From Lachnospiraceae bacterium (GTDB taxonomy: Bacteria > Bacillota > Clostridia > Lachnospirales > Lachnospiraceae), in NCBI GenBank assembly GCA_030538915.1, contig JAUNTC010000001.1, positions 9,256 through 73,255 on the forward strand: a stretch of DNA of 64,000 nucleotides, written 5' to 3'. Of the stretch, positions 22,214 to 31,816 are shown one piece after another; the first letter of the stretch is position 1; every line of letters starts with the position of its first letter. The notes below the pieces were generated by a model that saw nothing but the letters and a program-made list of their open reading frames with translations, ran no database searches and had not been told where the DNA came from. Both the position numbers and the translations under genes were made by a program.

Positions 22214-22393
22214 AAGCGCTATCTCCCTTTTTTATTCACACGTCCCATTATAATATGCATATCAGCAAAAGTACAGACCAAATTTCAAGGAAACTGGAAG
22301 ATTCTTTGAAGATTGCATCCATTTCCTCCATTGCGTATTTAAAATACTTCCTTTATAATAGGAGCTATCATAAAAAAGAATGGAGTACATCTT

Positions 22394-23506
22394 ATGGCAG
22401 GTTCAACTTTAGGAGACTTATTTACAATTACAACATGGGGCGAATCACATGGAGCTGCGATTGGAGTAGTCATAGACGGATGTCCGGCAGGATTATCTTT
22501 AGACGAGACTGATATTCAAATCTTTTTAGACCGTAGGAAACCTGGGCAGAGCAGATTCACAACCGCACGAAAAGAGGCCGACCAGGCACGCATTCTATCT
22601 GGTGTTTTTGAAGGAAAGACGACTGGCACACCGATCTCTATCATGATTGAAAATACAGATCATCATTCCGCAGATTACAGTGCGATCAAGGATGTTTATC
22701 GTCCAGGCCATGCAGATTATACATTTGACGCCAAATACGGGTTCCGCGATTATCGAGGTGGTGGACGTTCTTCCGGCCGCGAAACGATCGGCCGTGTCGC
22801 AGCCGGTTCGGTTGCCGCTAAGATTTTAAAAGAGCTTGGAATATCTGTCCACGCCTACACTCGTTCCATTGGAAAAATTGTGATTCCGGAATCCGAATAT
22901 CATTATAGTGAAATAGAAGAAAACAAGCTCTATATGCCAAACAACGAATATGCGCAAAAAGCTTCTGCTTATCTGGATGAATGCATACACAGCCAGGATT
23001 CTTCCGGCGGCACGATCGAATGCATCGTCACAGGCATGCCTGCCGGTATCGGAGAACCGGTATTTCACAAGCTGGACGCCGCACTTGCCGGTGCCATCAT
23101 GTCTGTAGGTGCAGTAAAAGGTGTAGAGATCGGAGACGGTTTTTTGGCATCTTTATCAAAAGGAAGCAAGAACAATGACCCTTTCTATATGAATGGCACA
23201 ACTATCGAAAAGGCTTCGAACCATTCCGGCGGAATTTTAGGTGGCATGAGTGACGGCAGCAAGATTGTTATCCGTGCTGCCATCAAGCCGACACCATCGA
23301 TATCGCAAGGTCAAGAAACCGTGAAAAAAAGCGATACATCTTCCTTAGAAAATACAACTATTTCAATTAAAGGTCGACATGATCCTGTCATTGTACCACG
23401 GGCCGTTGTCGTCATAGAAGCAATGACGGCTGTCACAATACTGGATCTGATCATGCATAACATGACTTCCCGTATGGACAGCCTCATCAAATTCTATCAA
23501 TGTTAA
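22394..23506 (+). CDS. aroC: Chorismate synthase
   Basis: WGESHG, RPGHAD, GGGRSSGRET, GRHDP. Confidence 0.97.
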   Translation: MAGSTLGDLFTITTWGESHGAAIGVVIDGCPAGLSLDETDIQIFLDRRKPGQSRFTTARKEADQARILSGVFEGKTTGTPISIMIENTDHHSADYSAIKDVYRPGHADYTFDAKYGFRDYRGGGRSSGRETIGRVAAGSVAAKILKELGISVHAYTRSIGKIVIPESEYHYSEIEENKLYMPNNEYAQKASAYLDECIHSQDSSGGTIECIVTGMPAGIGEPVFHKLDAALAGAIMSVGAVKGVEIGDGFLASLSKGSKNNDPFYMNGTTIEKASNHSGGILGGMSDGSKIVIRAAIKPTPSISQGQETVKKSDTSSLENTTISIKGRHDPVIVPRAVVVIEAMTAVTILDLIMHNMTSRMDSLIKFYQC

Positions 23507-23510
23507 ACTA

Positions 23511-25166
23511 TTAAATTTGGAAACATCCACCTCCAATGAATTCCCGAAGCAGGGAATTCATTGGAACATTTTCACTTCCAATTCCCACAAAGTAATCTAA
23601 AAACTTTAACAAACGTTTTGCTTCTATATATTCCGGTGCCTTTCGATCAATTCCAAAAAGCAATGCCTCCACATAAGGTTTTAAAACAGCAAGTTCGTAG
23701 ATCAAAGCAGAGTTAAACATAACATCTGCTTCTTCCTGATATGGGAAAATGTTTTTTTCTTCCCCATTTTGCACCGACGGCCACATATTGATCGTACGCG
23801 CTACCGATGCCCCTCGTGTTCTTGCATCTCTTACAATTCTTCGAAGCAGACGGCCGTCTGTTGTCGGAATTCGATTGTGTTCATCAATATTAAGCTGCGT
23901 CAATGCACTGATGTATATCTTAAACTTATTTTCATCCGGCAGATTCAATGTCAGTTTCGGATTCAGGCAATGGATTCCTTCAATTACAAGCACATCGTTT
24001 TCTCCAAGTTTCTTCGTCTCATGTCCATATTCTTTATGACCGGTGACAAAATTAAATCTAGGGATCACAACTTCTTTTCCTGCCAGCAAATCTCCCAGCT
24101 GCTTATTAAACAGTGCAACATCAACCGCCTCTAAGCATTCAAAATCAAAATTGCCATTCTCATCCCTCGGATTTTCCTCTCGCTCGACGAAATAATTATC
24201 TACTGCGATTGGATGTGGTACAAGTCCACAGGCACGAAGCTGTACAGAAAGTCTGTGCGAAAATGTCGTCTTACCGGAAGAAGACGGCCCTGCAATAAGA
24301 ATAAACTTTAATTCCGGTCTGGATGCGATCGTCGCAGCGATCTCTGCGATTTTCTTCTCCTGCAAAGCTTCCTGCACTAATACCGTCTCTCGAACGTCTC
24401 CTTTTGTGATCTTATCATTGAGCGCCCCAACCGTTTCAATGCCCTGCATATCTCCCCAGCTTGTTGACTCTTTCAACACATGGAACAGCTTGTTCTGGGG
24501 TTCAAATGGCGGCACAGCTGTCGGATTTTTCTGTTCCGGCATCTGGATCACAAATCCTTCGTCATACAGATACAATTCAAAATATTTTAAATATCCGGTA
24601 CTCGGCACCATGTATCCATAATAGTAATCTTCGAACTCATTAATACTGTAAATATTTACCTTCGAAACTCTTCGGTATGTAAACAGTTTTTCTTTATCAT
24701 GCATACCATGCTTTGCAAATGTTGCGATGGCATCATCTGTATTGACTGATTTTTTATTGATTGGAAGATCGGCATCTGCCATCTTTCGCATCTGCATTTC
24801 AACCTGATTTAAAAACTCCTGGTTGAGTACTACATTTCCTTCAACTGTACAATAGTATCCTTTGCTCACCGAATAATGAATGCGCACTTTGTCTACATTT
24901 TCATGCTGTGCTGCATCGTAAATTGCCTTTACAAGCATTAAACTCATGCTTCGCTTATAAGTTTTATGTCCGATATCTCCTGCTGTCGTTTCAAACGTCA
25001 AGGTGCAGTCTTTTTTAATTCTTTTATTTAATTCCTGCAGCTTACCGTCAACCATCACTAAAACAATATCATTTTCATAATCCTTCTGATATTCTTTTGC
25101 AATGTCAAGGTAAGTCGTTCCTTCTTCATATTGTCTGATTTCATTATTGATCTTAATCTGATACAT
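23511..25166 (-). CDS. Uridine/nucleoside kinase family protein with ThrRS-like N-terminal domains
   Basis: TGS/ThrRS-N-like N-terminus; AGPSSSGKTT P-loop; IEGIH; RRIVRD. Confidence 0.85.
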   Translation of the reverse strand: MYQIKINNEIRQYEEGTTYLDIAKEYQKDYENDIVLVMVDGKLQELNKRIKKDCTLTFETTAGDIGHKTYKRSMSLMLVKAIYDAAQHENVDKVRIHYSVSKGYYCTVEGNVVLNQEFLNQVEMQMRKMADADLPINKKSVNTDDAIATFAKHGMHDKEKLFTYRRVSKVNIYSINEFEDYYYGYMVPSTGYLKYFELYLYDEGFVIQMPEQKNPTAVPPFEPQNKLFHVLKESTSWGDMQGIETVGALNDKITKGDVRETVLVQEALQEKKIAEIAATIASRPELKFILIAGPSSSGKTTFSHRLSVQLRACGLVPHPIAVDNYFVEREENPRDENGNFDFECLEAVDVALFNKQLGDLLAGKEVVIPRFNFVTGHKEYGHETKKLGENDVLVIEGIHCLNPKLTLNLPDENKFKIYISALTQLNIDEHNRIPTTDGRLLRRIVRDARTRGASVARTINMWPSVQNGEEKNIFPYQEEADVMFNSALIYELAVLKPYVEALLFGIDRKAPEYIEAKRLLKFLDYFVGIGSENVPMNSLLREFIGGGCFQI

Positions 25167-25212
25167 TACACATCATCCTCTCTTATAGCTGTCTGAAATC
25201 GACTCTTATTTT

Positions 25213-26007
25213 CTATAATACAGTAAATGGAAAGCTTAATGGTGCACATGTGATATCTACATCGAAAATTCTTCTTTCAAAGAACTGCTTCATATCTTCG
25301 ATAAAGATATGTTCCACTCCATAGTGCCCGGCATCAATAATGGAAAGCCCCTGAGCGATTGCATCGATGCCTTCGTGATGTCCGATATCTCCGGTGATCA
25401 ATACATCTGCTCCTTTTTCAAGAGCCGGTGTGATCACACTCTTTCCTGAACCTGGGCAAAGTGCTACTCTTCCAATCATTTGCTCCGGGTCTCCAAATAC
25501 TTTCACATGTGCAACGTGATATGCATTTTTCACCTTTTCACAACAGTCGCCCAGAGTGATCGGCGCACTTAAATTTCCAATCTCACCAATTCCTTCCGGA
25601 TATTCGCCGTCTTCGCCTTGACGCATCTTCGTCACTTCCAGTACTTGTGTATTCTTTAAATTCAAAAGATTTCCTGCAAGCTGCGCCATTCTGCACACAT
25701 CATAATTCGTATGCATTGCGTAATAAGAAATATCCTTTCTGATCAGGCGAAGTAATCGTTTTCCTATAAAATTCTGATTATTAATCTTTTTCATACCACT
25801 GAAAATAAGTGGATGATGGGTAATTAGAAGATCTGTGTCCTGACAGATTGCATCCTCTACTACCTCATCTGTGGCGTCCAGTGCGATATAAATTTTCTTT
25901 ACTTCCTTATCGTCTCTTCCTGCGAGCAATCCTACATTGTCCCAGGAAAGCGCTGCATCCTGCGGAAATGTTTCTTCTATTACAGAAATAATCTCTTTAC
26001 AGAGCAT
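25213..26007 (-). CDS. Nif3-like dinuclear metal protein
   Basis: WDNVGL, ITHHPL, HTNYD, DAGHY; start by RBS; overlaps trmK end. Confidence 0.92.
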   Translation of the reverse strand: MLCKEIISVIEETFPQDAALSWDNVGLLAGRDDKEVKKIYIALDATDEVVEDAICQDTDLLITHHPLIFSGMKKINNQNFIGKRLLRLIRKDISYYAMHTNYDVCRMAQLAGNLLNLKNTQVLEVTKMRQGEDGEYPEGIGEIGNLSAPITLGDCCEKVKNAYHVAHVKVFGDPEQMIGRVALCPGSGKSVITPALEKGADVLITGDIGHHEGIDAIAQGLSIIDAGHYGVEHIFIEDMKQFFERRIFDVDITCAPLSFPFTVL

Positions 26008-26719
26008 TTTCATCGCCTCCTTTTGTCTCGTAACACTGCAGAGCTTTTTTTGTACGTAAGATTTCTTTTTCCAGTTCTGCTTTTCGAAGGCGAATACTTT
26101 CACCGTCCATCTGCTCATCTAATCGTTTCTGTATACTATCCTGAAGCGTTCTCTCCCTTATAAGAAATTCCTTCAAAATCGGATGTTTCTTCTCCAGAAG
26201 TCGTCTTCCATAATAATACTCATATTCTTTGTACACTTCTTCTCTTCCATGTGCTACTTTGAGGATTGGATAATACTTCCCATCTTCTTCTACCATATCT
26301 TCATCCACAATGCAAAACTGTTCATTTTCCAGATATCTGCGCACTTTGTCGATCTCTGACTGTGGCTGTAAAATACAGTATTTTATCTGTTCAATTACTT
26401 TCTTTCCTTCTTCAAGGATGTGTATCACAAGCGCTCCGCCCATTCCGGCTGTGATCACTACATCAACTTCTCCAGGCTCCAGTGCTTTTGTTCCATCCGA
26501 AAGTCTCGTTTCAATCTTATCTTCCAGCCCATAGCTTTTGATATGTATTCTTGCCCTCTCAAGCGGTCCTTTATTGATGTCCATTGCAATCACCTTTGGT
26601 GCGATCTTTTCCTGCACAAGGTAGATTGGAATGTATCCATGATCAGTCCCAACATCTGCAACAGAGGCGCCCTCTGTCACAAAAGCTGCAACTGCGTACA
26701 GTCTTTTTGATAGTTCCAT
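25997..26719 (-). CDS. trmK: tRNA (adenine22-N1)-methyltransferase
   Basis: ADVGTDHGY, AGMGG, LQPQS; rpoD-trmK-nif3 synteny. Confidence 0.93.
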   Translation of the reverse strand: MELSKRLYAVAAFVTEGASVADVGTDHGYIPIYLVQEKIAPKVIAMDINKGPLERARIHIKSYGLEDKIETRLSDGTKALEPGEVDVVITAGMGGALVIHILEEGKKVIEQIKYCILQPQSEIDKVRRYLENEQFCIVDEDMVEEDGKYYPILKVAHGREEVYKEYEYYYGRRLLEKKHPILKEFLIRERTLQDSIQKRLDEQMDGESIRLRKAELEKEILRTKKALQCYETKGGDENAL

Positions 26720-26732
26720 AGGCGCCTCTTTC

Positions 26733-27848
26733 TTAATCTAAATAATCTCTTAATTTTCTGCTGCGGCTTGGATGACGAAGCTTACGCAATGCTTTTGCTT
26801 CAATCTGTCTGATACGCTCACGCGTAACATCAAATTCCTTACCAACCTCTTCCAGTGTACGAGCACGTCCGTCATTCATACCGAAACGCAGTCTTAATAC
26901 TTTCTGTTCTCTCTCTGTCAGTGTGTCGAGCACTTCATCTAACTGTTCTTTCAAAAGTGTCTGCGCTGCTGCCTCAGCCGGTACCGGTACATTGTCGTCC
27001 TGGATGAAATCACCAAGGTGACTGTCTTCCTCTTCTCCGATCGGAGTCTCTAGAGAAACCGGTTCCTGGGAAATCTTTAAGATCTCACGCACTCTGTCTA
27101 CCGGCATATCAAGCTCTGCTGCAATCTCTTCCGGCGTAGGTTCACGTCCAAGCTCCTGCAGTAACTGTCTGGAAACGCGGATCAGCTTGTTAATCGTCTC
27201 AACCATGTGAACCGGAATACGGATTGTTCTTGCCTGGTCAGCGATCGCTCTTGTGATTGCCTGACGGATCCACCACGTTGCATATGTACTAAACTTAAAT
27301 CCTTTCTGGTAATCAAATTTTTCAACCGCTTTGATAAGACCTAAGTTACCTTCCTGGATAAGATCAAGGAAAAGCATTCCACGTCCAACATATCTCTTTG
27401 CAATACTTACAACAAGTCGAAGGTTTGCCTCTGCCAGTCTCTTCTTGGCACTCTCATCACCTTCTGCCATACGTTTCGCAAGATCGATCTCCTCTTCTGC
27501 TGTAAGAAGCGGAACCTTTCCAATTTCTTTCAGATACATTCTGACCGGATCTTCAATACTGACGCCATCCGGAACAGACAGATCAATCTTCTCCACATCC
27601 ACATCATCTTCATCTGAGAGCATAATATCAGAATCATCGATATCGTCATCATCATCTGAGCTGATTCTCAGCACATCGATATTCTGTCCCTCAAGATATT
27701 CAAATACCTTCTCCATCTGCTCTGAATCAAGATCGATGTCACGGAAAAAGTCATTGATCTCCTGAATCTCAAGAATTCCTTTTTTCTTCTTTCCAAGCTT
27801 GACAAGTTCTCTTAATTTTTCTTCAAATTTCGCCATGTTTTCATCCAT
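26733..27848 (-). CDS. rpoD: Primary sigma factor RpoD/SigA
   Basis: [37 protein letters not shown]. Confidence 0.98.
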   Translation of the reverse strand: MDENMAKFEEKLRELVKLGKKKKGILEIQEINDFFRDIDLDSEQMEKVFEYLEGQNIDVLRISSDDDDDIDDSDIMLSDEDDVDVEKIDLSVPDGVSIEDPVRMYLKEIGKVPLLTAEEEIDLAKRMAEGDESAKKRLAEANLRLVVSIAKRYVGRGMLFLDLIQEGNLGLIKAVEKFDYQKGFKFSTYATWWIRQAITRAIADQARTIRIPVHMVETINKLIRVSRQLLQELGREPTPEEIAAELDMPVDRVREILKISQEPVSLETPIGEEEDSHLGDFIQDDNVPVPAEAAAQTLLKEQLDEVLDTLTEREQKVLRLRFGMNDGRARTLEEVGKEFDVTRERIRQIEAKALRKLRHPSRSRKLRDYLD

Positions 27849-27884
27849 AAATTTTTCGTCCTCTCATTAATTCATTATTTATTG

Positions 27885-29660
27885 TTATCCCTGTTGAATG
27901 GAAATGTGCAATTTTTCCAGATCCTGCAGCTGTCTTTTTGCTTCCATAAGCTTCTGCAGCCCCGCAATATCTGTCGGAGCAAGATTTCTTGCCGCTTCCT
28001 CAATGCTGTGATTTTTCACACGGATCACCGTCTCCTTAAGCGCCTTTTCCTGCTCTCCCAGTGTCGTCAATTCCTTGATCTTTGTATGGAACAGACCTGC
28101 CACCTGCCGATGCTCTTCCTCATCGGTAAAATGATTCATGATCTGTGCCGGATTCACCTGGTGATTGTCATGCTGCTCGTAAAGCAGCGATGCAACGGTG
28201 CGATACAGATCTCCGGTGAAATCTTCCGGTGATATATATTTACAAATCTGTGCATATATACTCTCATCTTCGATCATCCATGTCAGTAATATTTTCTGCG
28301 ATGTAACATTGCCATCTTCCTTCTTCTGCTTTCCGGACTGCTTTGGTCTCGACACTGGTTTTGCAAGTCCCTGCTGTACCGCCATCTTGACGACAAGCTT
28401 TCGCAGTTCTTCATAACCTGTATGATAGCACTGTGCCACCGCTTCTATATAATTGTTACGCTCGATCTCTTCCTCGAACTCGCCAAGTCTCTTAGCAGCT
28501 TCCCTCATAAATTCGGTCTTCCCTTCTGGAGAATTCATATCATATTCTCTTTCCAGTACTTCCAGGCTGAACATAAATCCATTCCTTGCCTTGTTGATCC
28601 GCTCTTCAAAAGCCTCAGCTCCTAAATTTTTAATAAACTCATCCGGGTCTTTATAAGGATCCATTCGAATGATCTTTGCTGTAATCCCAACCTCTTTGAG
28701 AATCGGAATTGCTCTTAACGCTGCCTTCGTTCCGGCTTCGTCACTGTCATAAGTCAAATAAACTTCCTTCACATATCGCTTGATCAAAGCCGCATGTCCA
28801 GCTGTCAAAGACGTTCCAAGTGACGCAACTGCATTCGTAAATCCAGCCTGGTGTAAAGAGATCACATCCATATATCCTTCACACAAAAGAAAATATGGCT
28901 TTCTCGAACTTCTTGCACGGTTAAGCCCGTACAGATTACGACTCTTATCAAAAATCAACGTCTCCGGTGAATTAAGATACTTTGGCTTTGCATCGCCCAT
29001 CACACGGCCTCCAAAACCGATCACCCGGCTGTTGCTGTCCATGATTGGAAACATGACACGATTCCAGAACTTATCATGTGCCCCGAATCGCTCATCCACT
29101 GAAATCAGACCGGCTTTCATAAGTACATCGTCCTTGTATCCCTTTTCCTTAAGATAACGATATAAGTCATCACTGTATTTGTTCGAATATCCCAAACCAA
29201 ACGCCTTGATCGTATCGTCAGAAAGTCCACGATTTTTCAAATACTCAAGACCTGTCTGTCCTTTTGGACTTTTCAGCTGTACATAAAAATACTGTGCTGC
29301 GATCTTGTTAATTTCCAGTAAAATCGCCTTCAGATCCGCGCGCTCCTTTGCCTGTGCTGAAAACTCCTGCTCCGGAAGCTCAATTCCCGCTCTGTCTGCC
29401 AGATACTTTAATGCTTCCTGAAATGTATAATTTTCATATTCCATCAGGAACGTAAATACATTGCCACCGGCTCCGCATCCGAAACAGTAATACATCTGTT
29501 TATCCCGGCTTACTGAAAAAGAAGGTGACTTTTCATTGTGAAAAGGACAAAGACCAAAATAAGAGCTTCCTTTTTTTTGTAATTTTACATAGCTGGAAAT
29601 CACATCCACAATATCATTACGTGATCTGACTTCCTCTATAATCTCATCAGAATAATACAT
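27885..29660 (-). CDS. dnaG: DNA primase
   Basis: CPFH...CFGC zinc finger, KYLNSPET, EGYMD, YDSDEAG TOPRIM. Confidence 0.98.
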   Translation of the reverse strand: MYYSDEIIEEVRSRNDIVDVISSYVKLQKKGSSYFGLCPFHNEKSPSFSVSRDKQMYYCFGCGAGGNVFTFLMEYENYTFQEALKYLADRAGIELPEQEFSAQAKERADLKAILLEINKIAAQYFYVQLKSPKGQTGLEYLKNRGLSDDTIKAFGLGYSNKYSDDLYRYLKEKGYKDDVLMKAGLISVDERFGAHDKFWNRVMFPIMDSNSRVIGFGGRVMGDAKPKYLNSPETLIFDKSRNLYGLNRARSSRKPYFLLCEGYMDVISLHQAGFTNAVASLGTSLTAGHAALIKRYVKEVYLTYDSDEAGTKAALRAIPILKEVGITAKIIRMDPYKDPDEFIKNLGAEAFEERINKARNGFMFSLEVLEREYDMNSPEGKTEFMREAAKRLGEFEEEIERNNYIEAVAQCYHTGYEELRKLVVKMAVQQGLAKPVSRPKQSGKQKKEDGNVTSQKILLTWMIEDESIYAQICKYISPEDFTGDLYRTVASLLYEQHDNHQVNPAQIMNHFTDEEEHRQVAGLFHTKIKELTTLGEQEKALKETVIRVKNHSIEEAARNLAPTDIAGLQKLMEAKRQLQDLEKLHISIQQG

Positions 29661-29730
29661 ATACTCCGCCTTTTCTTTATTTAAAAATGTCCCTATATTT
29701 ATATATTCTATAAGCCTATGGAATTTCCTT

Positions 29731-30738
29731 TTAATATTTCCACGATTTTGGTATGAAATATTCCTGAAATTTTTTCACAGCATAATTATCTGTCATGCCG
29801 GCGATATAATCACAAACAATCATCTCTTCTGGTTCTCCACGCTCTTCTAATATATTTAAAAATTCCTCCGGCATTGCCTCTAAATGTTCCATATAATATT
29901 GATACAGACTCGTGATCATATGGATTGCCTTTCCTTCTTCCCCTTTGGCATCCTGATTTGTATATACGCGTTCAAACATAAATTTTCTCAGACCGCTCAT
30001 TGCATCCTTAATCTTTGCAGACATGACAATTTCATCCTTATCCATGCTTGAAATAATCACATCGTGGACCATTGTATTCAGTCTTTCCCTCGTCGTAGTT
30101 CCCAGTACATCTGCATATTCTTTCGGGATATCTTCGGCTCTTAAAATGCCGCCACGTATTGCATCATCGATATCGTGATTCACATAGGCAATCTTATCAG
30201 ACAGTCTTACGATCTGCCCTTCCAGTGTATGCGGATTGCCGCTTGTCTTGTGGTTTCGGATTCCATCTATAACTTCCCACGTAAGATTGAGTCCCTTTCC
30301 CTGTTTTTCCAGATATTCTACAACACGCACACTCTGTATGTTGTGGGAAAATCCGGAAGGACTGACGCTTGCAAGTGCTCTCTCACCGGCATGGCCGAAA
30401 GGGGTATGACCAAGATCATGCCCAAGTGCAATAGCCTCCACAAGATCTTCATTCAATCGAAGTGCTTTCGCAATCGTTCTTGCATTTTGTGAAACTTCCA
30501 GTGTATGTGTCAGTCGCGTACGATAATGATCACCCTTTGGGTATAAAAACACCTGCGTCTTCTGTTTTAATCTACGAAAAGCCTTGCAATGTAAAATGCG
30601 ATCTCTGTCTCTTTGAAATACCGGTCTGAGATCACACTGTGGTTCATCCACTTTTCTTCCTCGCGATGCAATACTCTTCGCCGCGTAACGACTTAAATAT
30701 TCTAATTCTCGTTGTTCTAGCTGTTCTCTGATCGTCAT
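29731..30738 (-). CDS. dgt: dGTP triphosphohydrolase-like HD protein
   Basis: FQRDRDRI, RTRLTHT, GHDLGHTPFGHAGE, DYIAGMTD. Confidence 0.93.
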   Translation of the reverse strand: MTIREQLEQRELEYLSRYAAKSIASRGRKVDEPQCDLRPVFQRDRDRILHCKAFRRLKQKTQVFLYPKGDHYRTRLTHTLEVSQNARTIAKALRLNEDLVEAIALGHDLGHTPFGHAGERALASVSPSGFSHNIQSVRVVEYLEKQGKGLNLTWEVIDGIRNHKTSGNPHTLEGQIVRLSDKIAYVNHDIDDAIRGGILRAEDIPKEYADVLGTTTRERLNTMVHDVIISSMDKDEIVMSAKIKDAMSGLRKFMFERVYTNQDAKGEEGKAIHMITSLYQYYMEHLEAMPEEFLNILEERGEPEEMIVCDYIAGMTDNYAVKKFQEYFIPKSWKY

Positions 30739-30832
30739 CTAGGTACCTCCATTCTTATTGCGCTTTTTTTATGTCAGCCTGCGCTTATTTTAATTTATAA
30801 GTACCATTTTATCACATCTTATTATCTCAGTC

Positions 30833-30865
30833 GAGAAGACTCCCACCTCTTTCAGGTGGTGAGTA
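30833..30865. mobile_element. Possible solitary IS200/IS605-type terminal hairpin (remnant)
   Basis: CTCCCACCT-CTTTC-AGGTGGTGAG imperfect GC hairpin with GAGAAGA flank and no U-tract; resemblance to IS200/605 ends is from memory. Confidence 0.4.
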
Positions 30866-30886
30866 ACAGCATTCCATAAAAAACGC

Positions 30887-30924
30887 AAAAAAAGAACACT
30901 GATGATTTCTCACCAGTGCTTTTC
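30887..30924 (-). terminator. Terminator after tRNA-Leu
   Basis: Minus-strand GCACTGGTGAG...ATCAGTGT stem followed by TCTTTTTTT. Confidence 0.7.
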
Positions 30925-30929
30925 TCTTA

Positions 30930-31014
30930 TGCGGAAGATGGGACTTGAACCCACACAAGCGCAATGCTTACAAGATCCTTAGTCTTGCTCGTCTGCCAGT
31001 TCCGACACTTCCGC
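30930..31014 (-). tRNA. tRNA-Leu, anticodon AAG (CCA not encoded)
   Basis: GCGGAAG/CTTCCGC acceptor stem with A discriminator, TGGCAGAC D-arm, CAAGA-CTAAGGA-TCTTG anticodon arm, long variable arm, GTTCAAGTC T-loop. Confidence 0.95.
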
Positions 31015-31067
31015 GTACCTCAGTGCGATTTGTTTTTTGTTTTGTTGTCATCGCCCTGACAAATAGT

Positions 31068-31096
31068 ATAATACTACACCGCCAACTGAATGTCAA
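31068..31096 (-). promoter_or_regulatory. Promoter of tRNA-Leu
   Basis: TTGACA-17 nt-TATTAT with AT-rich UP-like tract upstream. Confidence 0.7.
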
Positions 31097-31152
31097 CATA
31101 TTTTTCAAATTTTTTTAATTTTTTTAAATCTTTTTTCAAACGTGACATTTTC

Positions 31153-31707
31153 CTATACTAAATGTTGTTTTTTTAAGTCCATCACCTGCGCTCTTACATA
31201 CTTAAATGTTTTGCGTTCTCCCTGCGTTGCAAGCATCACTAAAAGCCTATGCAATGTGGCAGCAGTCTCCGGGTGGATCATATTTCCAAGTTTGGCAGCA
31301 CCCTTCTCATAATAATCAAGCGGCGCCTGATCTGTATAGTTCTTGCCCATGTAAGTTTTGGACGCTGCAATCCTGTCCATAAGCATCTCATATACATACT
31401 TCATCGGCATCTTCTGCCCTACGATTCCCTCTCCCGGATTCTCACTGTAGTCGATCCAGTATTCATAGTGGTGTTTGTTGCGGCCCTTATGATGAAGCCA
31501 TGCGGTTGAATATCCGGTTGCTTCTCTCTCCGCATTGTTGGGACTCCGTGTTCCCTGATAATACTTGCATCCGACACGAAACTCCGTCGGTGAATACTTA
31601 GACAGATCATGAAGAAGACCTTGTTTGTATAATCCAACTTTAAAACAATGTCTCATAACAAGAAATTTATGATGATTAATCGTTCGTAAATGATTTAATG
31701 CTTTCAT
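31153..31707 (-). CDS. HD-like hypothetical protein (DUF5662-like)
   Basis: HHK, LLHDLSKYS, WLHHKGRNKHHYEYW, MDRIAA. Confidence 0.75.
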   Translation of the reverse strand: MKALNHLRTINHHKFLVMRHCFKVGLYKQGLLHDLSKYSPTEFRVGCKYYQGTRSPNNAEREATGYSTAWLHHKGRNKHHYEYWIDYSENPGEGIVGQKMPMKYVYEMLMDRIAASKTYMGKNYTDQAPLDYYEKGAAKLGNMIHPETAATLHRLLVMLATQGERKTFKYVRAQVMDLKKQHLV

Positions 31708-31816
31708 AGCCGTCTCTCCATTCTTCTTCAATGATCATACTTTGTGATTTCTTTCACATTCACCATTTCACATTATGCACGTTTTTTCACTAATTTTCAA
31801 GAGAATCTTTTTATTT

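Noticed and set aside
30930-31800. tRNA as an integration site for an island or prophage
   Set aside because: No integrase, no duplicated tRNA 3' end seen, and flanks are ordinary chromosomal genes
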